The notes under the pieces are model-generated. The model did no database searches. It saw only the letters and a list, made by a program, of their open reading frames with translations, and had not been told where the DNA came from. A stretch of 64,000 bases of DNA. Origin: Nemertoderma westbladi. Taxonomy: Eukaryota > Animalia > Xenacoelomorpha. The stretch is taken from the NCBI GenBank assembly GCA_032718475.1, contig JAUCBJ010005935.1, forward strand, positions 1 through 64,000, given 5' to 3'. Made by a program: the position numbers and the translations under genes. Shown in pieces: positions 13,301 to 25,300 of the stretch; within the stretch, counting starts at the first letter, position 1, and each line of letters starts with the position of its first letter.

Positions 13301-16300
13301 TTCGCTTACTTAGAGTTTACTGTTTTGGTGAGAAGGTCGGATTTATGATTTGATTTACAAACTTTACAGTAAGATATTGCAGGTATTGTTGCCGTCTCTT
13401 CGTATAGTAGGAATATGTTTTACTGAACTACGGTTCGGTAGGACTAAAGTTATTTGAAAATTTTGTATTTTGAGGTAAAAATTTATATTTGATTAGCTAA
13501 GTGCTAATTTTTTGAAATAAAATTTGATTTGAACCGCGTGTAAAATATTTTTGGAATTGAATACCGGTGTTTAAAAAGGGTTTAAATACCATATTGTACC
13601 GGTACAAAATTTTCGTAAAGTAAAACCTAACTCTTTTGTTTTTTCAGGATTCAGAACTCATTTCTAGACTGTAACGGGAGCAAGACCGTGTTTAGCAAGT
13701 TTGGGAGATAGATAACTCAACAACTTTGGTTGGGAAAATCGCGCTTCGTCCGCAACGCTGGAAACGGAAAGGTTCACGTTCGGTTTGTATCTGGGAATCT
13801 GTTTTTCTGGAGAATTATTGGAGTGGGTGAGTTCGAAAGGTTGCATAAATAAGTTAGGCATTACCGTATTAGTTAAAATTATTGTGGGTTCCACTGTCTC
13901 AAGTATTTATGCATTCCGTATGATTTCTTTGTTCATTGCTGAATTAGTCCGTATTATTGTATTTAATTTACCTTTTGATAACGCATATCGTTATCCGATT
14001 TATTTGTTATAAAATTGGCCGCTAGGCTAATTTTATTATATACTTATTCCGTGACATTTATTTGCTGTAAAATTGGCCGTTTAGGCTAATTTTATCCATC
14101 TGCTATAAAATCGGCCGGTAGGCTAATTTTATATGACTGTAATTAGTACCGTTTAGATATAAAAACGGTAAGTTTGATACTTTGACACTCACTTTACTTG
14201 ACTTGCAACTACCGAAATGAGTGACAAACAAGACTATACGAAGAATACACCTACCGACTATGACTCATGTGACGGAGATAAGTCAGCAGAGGAAGAACAA
14301 CAGGGGAAGACTCGCGAGCCTACCGAACCTACACCGTGTGCGTCACCAGTACATCCAACGGGAGTACCGGATGCCGTAGTACGAGGCGACGGCAGGACCG
14401 AGGACTTTCTAACTGTTCCGCAACCTAGATATAGGGAAACGGAATTGGTAAGTTCAGCAGGAAGCACAGAAAGTGTGGTTAGAAGCGTCGGAGGATACAT
14501 GGCGCATATAACCAGGAGTATTGGAGAAGGCCAACGCATATTAGACGAGTTGACCGCTCCGATGTCTCGGTTCGAGTTCTACACTCTACAGGTGAGAGTA
14601 CAGAGTAAAGTATATAAGTCCGTAGATAACCTAATTGGTCTACAAGATCTAGCTAGACAGAGACAGGATATGGACACTCAGCTTAGAATCCTCGAGAAAC
14701 TAATGATCGCTAGAGAGAAACTGATTCAGTTTAAGTCGACGATTAGACAGATACAACAGGAACAAGCGGACCAGTTGTTAGGTGAGTCAGTTTCGGACGA
14801 ATTATTGCAACCCGAGGAAGAACAGGAACTGTACCGACTGGATGGACAATTGAAACACCTAACGGATCACTTACGCATGTGCGGCGAGGACGTCGGAGAT
14901 TGGGAAACCGTGCCGGAGGCTACGAGGGAAACTTCACTCGCACAAATCGAACCGGCACCGGGAACACTAGATCAATCACTGGTGAGTATTCGCAGCGAAA
15001 TTGGCGAGGTGAGTATGGCTACGTCAGAAATTGCTCGACAACAGCAGATCTACAGACAACAACAGGAGTGGGAGGAACAAACTCAATTACTAATGGCACA
15101 AGTAGCAGCAGAAGAAGAGAAACTACGCGTTGCGAATGTTGCGAGAATCTCTCATCTGCAAGAACAAGCTGAGTTGGAAGTAGCCGAAATGGAAAGGTTA
15201 GAGTTGGACATTGCACAACAAGCAGCAGCGGCCGAGTTAGCGCAACGAACGGCAGCGGCCGAGTTAGAGCGACAAGCGGCAGCGGCCGAGTTAGAGCGAC
15301 AAGCGGCAGCGGCAGCGGCAGCGTCCGAGTTAGAGCGACAAAGGTTAGCTTCAGAAGCGAGAACCGAAATGAAAAAACGGCAAATAAAGGCTCAATCAGC
15401 GATACGACAAGCGGAGTTCGAGGCGCAACAACAACAAACGGAACAACGCGAGAAAGAAGTTAAACTTCGTTTTGAACTCGAGAAGAAGGCGAGAGAATTA
15501 GCCAACGCCAAGGAAGATCTGGATCTACAAGCCCGCGATCGATCAATGAGATCTCGAGACGGACATGACTTGGACCAGATAGAGGTAAGACATCGCCAAA
15601 TTCAGGAACGGAAGAAGGAAGGAAGCGTAGGAGCACCCGGACGGGAACGACAATTAGTAAAGGACTTGTGTCAAAGATTCCCACAGGTAACTCATATGTT
15701 TGCACCGGTTACGACTAAGGAACCTGTTTCGATTGCGGGTAGTAGTAACATTTCTCCTATCCATGGTGCGACGGAACACAGGTTTGTTATTCCGGACGAG
15801 TTTACACCGCCAAGAGCAACGTCGTCGCCTATTCCGAAAGTCAAGGTAAGTAACCCACCGATTACAGATCGTAGTAGTTTGTTGACTGGACCTGCACTAC
15901 TGACGACTAAACAGGTGAGTCCACCGTCGACACCTAAACCCGTTACACACTACGCTTACCCAATGACGTTTCGACCTACAAGGCCAGTTGATTCAAATGC
16001 TGTCATTCGCCCACCGGTTCAGTTTACATCGCAATCTACGACTTCGAGGAAGACTTGTGAGCCTACCGAACAACGGAGAACAGTGGATACGCGACCGAAC
16101 CAGTTTACATCGCAATCTACGACTTCGAGGAAGACTTGTGAGCCTACCGAACAACGGAGAACAGTGGATACGCGACCGGTTCAGTTTACATCGCAATCTA
16201 CGACTTCGAGGAAGACTTGTGAGCCGAACAACGGAGATCAGTGGACGATGTTCCGAAACGAAACGTTAGAATTCGTACGACGCAACGGACGCGAGCACGT

Positions 16301-19300
16301 CGACCGCCATATCCAGATGATAGTAGTACTTCGAGCGAATCGGATTACCCGAAACGCGAGGTATTTAGAACAGGGGCGGCCGATGAATATAAACGCGAGC
16401 GTTCAGACAACTCCTTTGTAGACAATCCTCCACAGAATACACCAACACCGAAGGCGTTACAACCAACGGACGCAATAAGTACACAACAGTTCGCCGACAT
16501 CCTGCGACCAGTTGTTAACAAGTTGGCTCAGATCGAGGAACGTCTGGAGGAAGGTTACACCGACAGTTCGAGAAATTCCGAATTCGAACACAATAGACAC
16601 CCGAAGGAACCACAAAGACCGGTACCTTCAAAACATACATAGTATCAGGGAAAAGCGCCAAGAAGGGAGAACATCAACCAGGTTACCAACCAAGGACGCG
16701 AAACTCTGAACGTTGCCGAGGAGATAGCGAAATTCGCAGCGAGACAAGGATTGCCGGTACAACAACCACCGAAGTTTTCCGGTAGTTCAAAACACTGGCA
16801 CACATTCGTAGACTATATCGAATCTCAGATCGCCGTGTGCGCCTTTACATCACGGGAGAAGTTTAATTACCTGCTTCAAACGTTGTCAGGAGAACCTAAA
16901 CGTTTGGCAGAGACCTTCGTTGGTGTACCGGACGCCTTCGAACTAGCGTACGATCGTTTAACTTCGATATACGGAGGTACAGTCAGTATGGCCAGGTCAG
17001 TAATAGAGGAACTCTGTAAGGGAGGGGCTATCACAAAACCCGTCGACTTATTAAAACTGGCCGACGAGATAAAGAACGCTATCACTACTTTAAGATCCAT
17101 TGGACAACTTGATTACGGGAATACCCCTACAGTCCTATTAAAGATCATAGGACGACTCCACCATCGACTTCGTCGGGAGTGGAGAAAGATCGAATACCAG
17201 CGAGAAGAGCGGGGTGGATTCTTAAAACTAGAGGATGTGTACCTTTTGATATCCAGGGAAGCAGTTGTAGAGACTCGATCCAACTACACTGACCAGCACA
17301 TCGTAGCAGAAGGGATCACCTTGCCATCCTCCAACCGACAAAAACCCCAGACAACATCCACCAAGACGGCCACTTACGCCACACCGACGGAATCACGACA
17401 ATTCTCGGACGGTAGTAGGGTATCTGCGCCCATTGGGACGAAACAGACTAGACAACAACTCAGTACCGACTTCAGCGGCTGCCAATACTGCGAGCATTTA
17501 GGCAAGCGGTATATCGGTCACAAGTTGCGAGGTTGTCGACAGTTTCGCGAGTTGAACTCGGAAGAACGACGGCTGCAAATACGACCATTGGACTCTTGTT
17601 GGCGGTGTACGCGACACGGACACGTCCGTAAAGATTGCCCAAATACCGACACTTGTCCATCCTGTGGACGCAACCACGACGGTCTGCTCCACACAGACAG
17701 CCACACGCCGACAAAACGCTTCGCCAGGGAACACCCGGAAGCAGCAGCGAGATGTGATGCGGCCTACAAAAGGCGAGAATCGAAAACGACTCCAACCTTC
17801 GTGACCCATATTGAGGATTGCTTCTCAGAACAATCCGGATCGTCGGACGAAGAGTCAGAAGACGACGACGTATATTCGGATGGATATGAACAGCCATCGA
17901 TCGCGCTTCTGACTACTGACCAACTGAAGGGATTCAGTGTAATTCCGATTAAGGTTACTGGCACAAAGGGGAGTAAGAGAATCTACGCGATTCTAGATTC
18001 AGCCTCATCTCACAGCTACGTGGATGAAAAGATAGCTGATGTAGTGACGGATCTCCGACAAGGTAAGCACGTCAGTTATACCGTAAGTAGTATGCACGGA
18101 CAGCGTGCAATACCAGTGACACGAGTCAAGTTAAACTTAGACTCTCTTCTTCCGAAATCGCAACACAGCGAGAGGGAGAGGTCTTTGTTACCCTTCAAGG
18201 ATTTGACCTTTGCGGCCACAAAAGACTTTAGTAACCTACTAGGTCCGGTCCCAGAACAATCCTTGGAGGACCGTAAGTATTTCAGACACCTTGGTGTACC
18301 TGAATGTCCTGTCAATTATAGATCGGTAGCCATGCTGATCGGGACAGACCAATTCAACCTACACCAAGTGTGGGAAACCAGACCATCGGCAGTTGTAGCG
18401 GGAAACGCATACGCCTGCAGAACGCCGATAGGATGGTATACTCGAGCGCCTGTGCGCACACTGGACATAAGTGACGAGGAAGACGATGTACAAAGTACAT
18501 GTAGTTTATTAAATACAAATTCAATTCATTCCTTCTCACACGACGTGAACCGTACTACCTTACAGACAAAACATAACAGACGTGTAACTAGTATGATAAG
18601 TCACAAGGAGCAGCTAATCCACCAGCGGAGTTTAGAACTTGGGGAGAAGACGAGTCAGCTAGAGATTCCATCGACGACAGATGATAACGCCGGAAGGCTT
18701 GCGAGTCTACCTACCCCAATGACATCAACGAGGCCCGTCGATATCGATGATGACGCGTTGAGAAATCATCAAATGGAACAAGCTGTACTGGACAAAGAAT
18801 TAACGGAGAAGACTATCAGGTGGTTAGAACAAGATACAGCTGAACCTGGTAGCTACGAACCTTGTATGTCGGAACAGGAGAAACAATCTCTGAAGATCAT
18901 GGAAGATACTATCCGACAGACGGAGGACGGACATTACGAGGTGGGGATGTTATGGCGTAGCCAAAGTCCTAAACTTATAAACAACTACCCACTAGCGTTA
19001 AGACGTCTACACTCAATCCGACAACGTCTATTAAAGGACGAGAAAGCCCATCTGCAGTACAACACTCAGATGGAGACGTATTTGACTAAGGGATACGCTA
19101 TCCGAATGACTAACCCGGAGCGAGTGACTGACCAGACGTATTACTTGCCACATCACTACGTGAGACACCCCGACAAACCAGACAAAGTACGCGTAGTCAA
19201 CGACTGTGCGGCTCTGTTTGAGGGAATGTCCCTCAATAGCGAGTTGATGGATGGACCAAACATGAATAATTATCTTATGGGGGTGATTATGCGCTTCCGT

Positions 19301-22300
19301 CAGCGTCAAGTAGCTTTTACTTGCGACGTTGAAGCGATGTTTCACCAAGTGAGAGCGTTAGAGTGAGACAGAGACAGTTTGAGGTTCCTCTGGTACCCGG
19401 AAGGAGACTTAAGTCTACCACCGGCGACTTACCAAATGCAAGTTCGCGTTTTCGGTGCCAGAGACAGCCCAAACTGCACAATGTATGCCCTAAAACAAGC
19501 CGCTAGAGATCAGAAACACCTATATGACCCAGAGATAGTTAGGATTGTGGAACGTGACTTTTACGTCGACGACGGATTACAGAGTTGCGACACAGTAGAA
19601 CGTGCTACAACAGTAGCACATCAATTACGGGACTGCTTAGCGGGCGGAGGTTTTAACCTCACCAAATTCGCCTCAAACAGTGCCGAATTAGTAGACTCAT
19701 TCGGAACGACTGAGCGTGGAGGTGGTGACATAGACCTAGAGTTCGAACCACTACCGACGACCAAGGTGTTGGGGCTCTTTTGGGACCCAAACACGGACAA
19801 CTTCCGAGTGAAGGTGAGACTGGACAGTCAAGAGAACACACTGACAAAGAGATCATGCTTGTCAAAATTGAGCCGATTGTTCGATCCGTTAGGATTCATC
19901 AGTCCAGTGATACTGCAAGCCCGCATTTATATGCGCAGTATTTGGAAGGATGGACTAACATGGGACGAGCCGATCTCATCAGACCAAGTGGACTTATGGA
20001 AGACCTGGGAGGCGGAATTATCTTCGCTAGAGGATTATTCCATACCCAGAGTTTACTTTCCATTACAAAGTACATTTCCTGACAACTTGGAACTACACTG
20101 TTTTTCTGACGCCAGTGACAACGGTTTTGGTGTGGCAGCGTACTTGCGCAGACAAGTAGACTCAGAAGCATTCGATGTTTCGCTCATTACTTCTAAGGCA
20201 AAAACAATGCCTACTAAGTATATGACGACACCACGAGCTGAGCTACAAGCCGCAACACTATCAACCACCATCGTAAACCTTATACAGACAGAACTACAGT
20301 GTTATTTCTTCGCTAGAGGATTATTCCATACCCAGAGTTTACTTTCCATTACAAAGTACATTTCCTGACAACTTGGAACTACACTGTTTTTCTGACGCCA
20401 GTGACAACGGTTTTGGTGTGGCAGCGTACTTGCGCAGACAAGTAGACTCAGAAGCATTCGATGTTTCGCTCATTACTTCTAAGGCAAAAACAATGCCTAC
20501 TAAGTATATGACGACACCACGAGCTGAGCTACAAGCCGCAACACTATCAACCACCATCGTAAACCTTATACAGACAGAACTACAGTCAAGTTTACAGATA
20601 TTTTATTGGACTGACGCGACGTTGGTTTTATTTTACATAAACAACGACACACTTGAATTCAAGACATTCGTAGCTAACCGTCGCGCAGAAATTCTAGACC
20701 GTTCAATAAAAGAGGATTGGCGACATTGTCCCGGACCACAAAACCCAGCTGATATTGCGTCGCGAGGAATGATGCCTGAGGAATTCTGTAAACCGGAGAA
20801 CAAAGAATTTTGGCAACACGGACCACAATTCTTACAAGGTTCAACACTACATTGGCCGCCACTATACGACAACAAGTCTAACACTATCCCTAAGGACGCG
20901 GAAATCAAGAAACCAAAAAAGGGGAAGGCAAAGAAAAAGACAACGGCGGCAAAACTCAAGAAAAAACCGAAGGCGAAATGGAAAGATATAACTTCAAAGG
21001 TCAAGAGAGGAAGACTTGCGAGCCTTTCTACACCAGACATATCGCCAGACGGTCAACCAGACACGTTACTGGACGGTCAATCAGACATTCTACCAGACAT
21101 TAGTAATGTATTGACTAACAGTAAAGCCGCAGTTTCCCTATTGGAGCGGCCTTGTATTGACAAACTACCAATTTTGACACACTTGAGCAACCATAAGCAC
21201 GGTGAAACCTCATGTATTACAGATGTGGGTAGTACCTACGCTAATGTAAATACAGGTGTTACTTTGCGCTCAAGAGACATACCGAACTTGCAACCTATGG
21301 TGAAACCTGGGATTAATGTCGGCAGAAAATTAAGTTTACCGAAACCTGCTGACCCCATAGAGTTCAAACCACCACCATTAACGATCGACTTACAAAGTAC
21401 CGACAATCAAGGTAAGAAGACGAAGAAGGACAAATTACTTGTAGACCCGGACGGATCAACAGTCAACAAGGGAATACTTACCGGCGGACCCGTGGGCCCT
21501 TCTAGTAATTCAAAACCTTCCAAAATCTCCATTGACTTACCTGATGACGTCACAAATACTCACGTCGACCGGATTGTAAACTTAACAGACTCTTGGTCAA
21601 ACGCTTGCCGAAAGTTAGCGTGGATTGTACGTTTTGTACAATACGTTAAAGGCAAACGTGACTTTACACGTCGACTTACATTGGCTGAGATTGACAGGTG
21701 TGAGATTAAATTAATTCGCCATTACCAACTGCGATATTTCGCGCGCGAATTCACATCTATAAATCAAGGTCAACCAATCAAGTCGTCACCAATACTGAGT
21801 TGGAGTCCGATTATTTATAATGGCTTAATTTGTCATAAATCTCGGCTTCAAAACATTGACTTTAACACAAACTTTAGGTACCCAATAATAATACCGCAAC
21901 ATCACGAACTACAACGTGCAATGATACTGGACGCACATTTACATCTGAAACACGCTGGAAGACACCACTGTCTTTCCTACTCACGTACAAGATTTGTATT
22001 AATTAGACCCAGTAAAGCGTTAAGTTCAGTGACACGTACGTGTATTATTTGTAAAAAGGTACATTCTAGAATCGGTACCCAAGAAATGAGTGAACTACCA
22101 CAAGCACGACTTCAAGCATTCAGACCACCTTTTACAGAGACTGGAATTGATTGCTTTGGTCCCATACATACGAAACGTGGACGTATACTAGTAAAACGCT
22201 GGGGACTGATTTTCACATGTATGTCCAGTAGGGCAGTTCACATTGAACGTGTGATGGATCTTTCCACCAACGCGTTTATACTAGCACTGCGGCGATTTAT

Positions 22301-25300
22301 CGCTAGACGCGGACTAGTGAAATGCTTGTACTCAGACCAAGGGACAAACTTTGTTGGTGCTCGGAATGAGATTGCTAGAGCCTTTAAGAAATTAGATCAT
22401 GATCAAATCTCGAACGAACTACAACCTCATAAGATTGTTTGGAAGTTTAATCCTCCAGATAGTCCATGGAGAGGCGGAGTCTGGGAGAGATTGATTAGAT
22501 CTATCAAGACAGCCATGGCAAAGGTCATTCCAGTAAACCACATACTGACAGACGACCAACTGACAACATTGTTTGTTGAAATCGAGGCAATACTAAATAC
22601 TAGACCAATAGTATTAGTACCCGATGACAAACAATCTCAGTTCGCTTTAACACCTGCACACCTGCTTATGCAGGCACCGACTACTTTGACGCCGATTTCT
22701 ATTCCAATTGAAGGCGATAGCTACGGTAGAAAGGCGTGGAAAATCACGCAACTACTGGCTAACAAATTCTGGGAAATATGGCAAAACCATTATTTGCCCT
22801 CTATTTCTACCAGAACAACTTGGTACAATAACACCCGCGCATTAAAGCCGGGAGATCACGTGCTGTTAGCAGAAGTGAATCTAAAAAGACGCTTCTGGAT
22901 AACAGGTGTAATTTTAGCCACACATCCATCTATGGATGGAGTGACAACAACTGTGACGGTACGGACAATTGACGGTCGTACAGTAGACAGACCGACTCAA
23001 CGTCTCGTACTTCTTGAAGAGACTCGTAACGAGTCTGGAGACTACAAATCTCCACCTAATACTAGTAAATAATTAGGAGTTTACAAATAGATTTCCACGT
23101 ACCTGTACACCGTAGTAAGGACAGCGGTAGAATTCCATTGTCTTTTTATGTGAACATTGAGGGTAGTACCCTTATGTGTCACATAGGAGCGGGATTTGTA
23201 GGTATAAGAAATTGAATTCTACTTGGAACTCACAATATTGAGACATTTTCGAAATTTTAGACAATCCATTTGGATTTGAAAAATTTTAAAATTTTCTCCA
23301 GTGAATAGATTTCAGGGTACAGTCGGGTGGAACTTAAAATTAGAGAAACAAGAGAGGAAGACTTGCGAGCCTTTCTTAAAATTTTAATTAAATTTTACAC
23401 GGTCTTGTTTCAATAAGTTACGTCAATAAATAGACTCCCCTATATTTATTACTAATTCTTGACTGCTTATTTTCTGATAATAGTTTGGGATCAAAAGGTG
23501 AGTATTTTAGACTCACAGCCAGTTTAGCCCAAATCCGTTTTTATTTCGGCAAAAAATTTTAGATAAGAAGCAGCGTGTCATTAAAGAAACCCTAGATCTT
23601 AGGCTATGGGTAGGAGGTTAGAGCGTTGTCGAGCCCAAAGGGCAGACGAAAACTCTCACGTCTCCTCACAACTAACTACAAACTCTGTTGTATTCCCTCT
23701 AGTAGTAATGATTATGTAACTACACCCCTAATTATGGAGAAAGGGATACAAGGAGAGCCGAGATGGGGATATGATATCCAAGAGGAAGCAGCAGCGCCAT
23801 TCGAAAGATTTGGAGCCAAGGACTACACTATATTTGGTATAAAGGAATTATCAGAAAGTACAGCGAAACTCGCAAAGACTAAATATGACAACCCTTCTAC
23901 AACTCCGACGCTCAGTGTAATGCCTTTACTCGAGCAGGATTTAGTATATTTCGAGACGTCTATCTTCGCTGTGCGGGATCTCTTATCGAAAGACCATCTA
24001 TGTTTACATTGTTACCCTATGAAGGAGAACGTATCGTGGAGATTACGGATGAATCACGGCAGACGCGCGCGCCTATCGGTCACCTTGGTGATGATTTCGA
24101 AGTAACTACTACGATCACTGACGATCCTTTAGAGGAACTTATTGAGATAGAAAGGAACCTCCCGAAGAAATCTCAGACGGAGATTCGACAACTTGAAGCA
24201 ACAGATGCTATAGTTTGTATACAACCTTCAGAAACCTACCAACCCATAGATCCAGATGATTACGATTATAGTGTGGGCGGAAGCGCTCGACCGATTGGAG
24301 ATCTTATATACGAACGAGTGTGGTACCCTGCCAATACGATGTGTAGTAAATGTGGCGTCGCTGGACATCATATGACAAAGTGCAGTGGAAAGCACATTAC
24401 TACGACTCAGCTAATCTGTGGATGGTGTGGGGATCAAGGGTCTCATACCTTTTATACTTGCTGGAGATTTATGGCTCAATGTACTTATTGCAATATAAAA
24501 GGGCATCGAGCATCTGAATGCCAACTAAGAGACATACCTTATGAACACGAATCTGTAAAACTCGTGAGGAAATTATTTGATGAGTGGGAAGATTTAGCCG
24601 ACGAACATGTATCGGCACAAAGAAGACGGTTTCCGATGAGAGCGCATCTTGGATTTTGGGCGGTAAATCCTCAAACGATGATGTCGGAAGGATACATCTC
24701 CGCTAGGCCCCAATATGACGAACTTATCGAGGTAGTCGATATTTTGCCCCACGACAGCGGATTTCGAGTAGTGCGCGAGTATCTACTACAGATTCACCCG
24801 GATAACAAAAACACGTGGAATTTTCAGAAAGTCGTTAACCGCATTACGTATGGTGAATTCGATCGTTTCCGAACTGAAAAGCGGAACAAAGGAGCTTGGT
24901 TAACCGTCGCATGGGCGTACCGAGCCGCGTTTTACCATAAACGTATACGAGCGAGCGTATTCGTGGAAGAAAAGGTCCTAGAGGCGACAAATATACCAGC
25001 CACTCCGGTTGCGCCGTCTGCACGTCACCCTCGGGAGGACGGACAGGGTAGGATCATACGGGTCCAGAAAGTGGGCCAACAATTAAAGAAAATTATTAAT
25101 ATAGAAGAACGCAAGGGAGTTGAGCCGACCATTCGAGTTACTCGGGATACGGTATCGCTTCCAAGAGAACCAGTAGGAGGATCGGGACATACACCAGCTG
25201 ATCAACAGGGGGCGCAAGCTACTCTTGGGTCTGCGTCGTCCGCTTCTCGCGCGTTCCCAGACGTTCTACCAACTGTAGTGACAACTGATCGGTCACGAGG

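Larger units (their letters stand above)
11139..13406 (+). repeat. 5' LTR (1886 bp plus a 382-bp LINE insertion)
   Basis: Matches 26332-28217; four substitutions seen by eye plus the insertion; begins TATAG, ends CGTATA. Confidence 0.95.
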
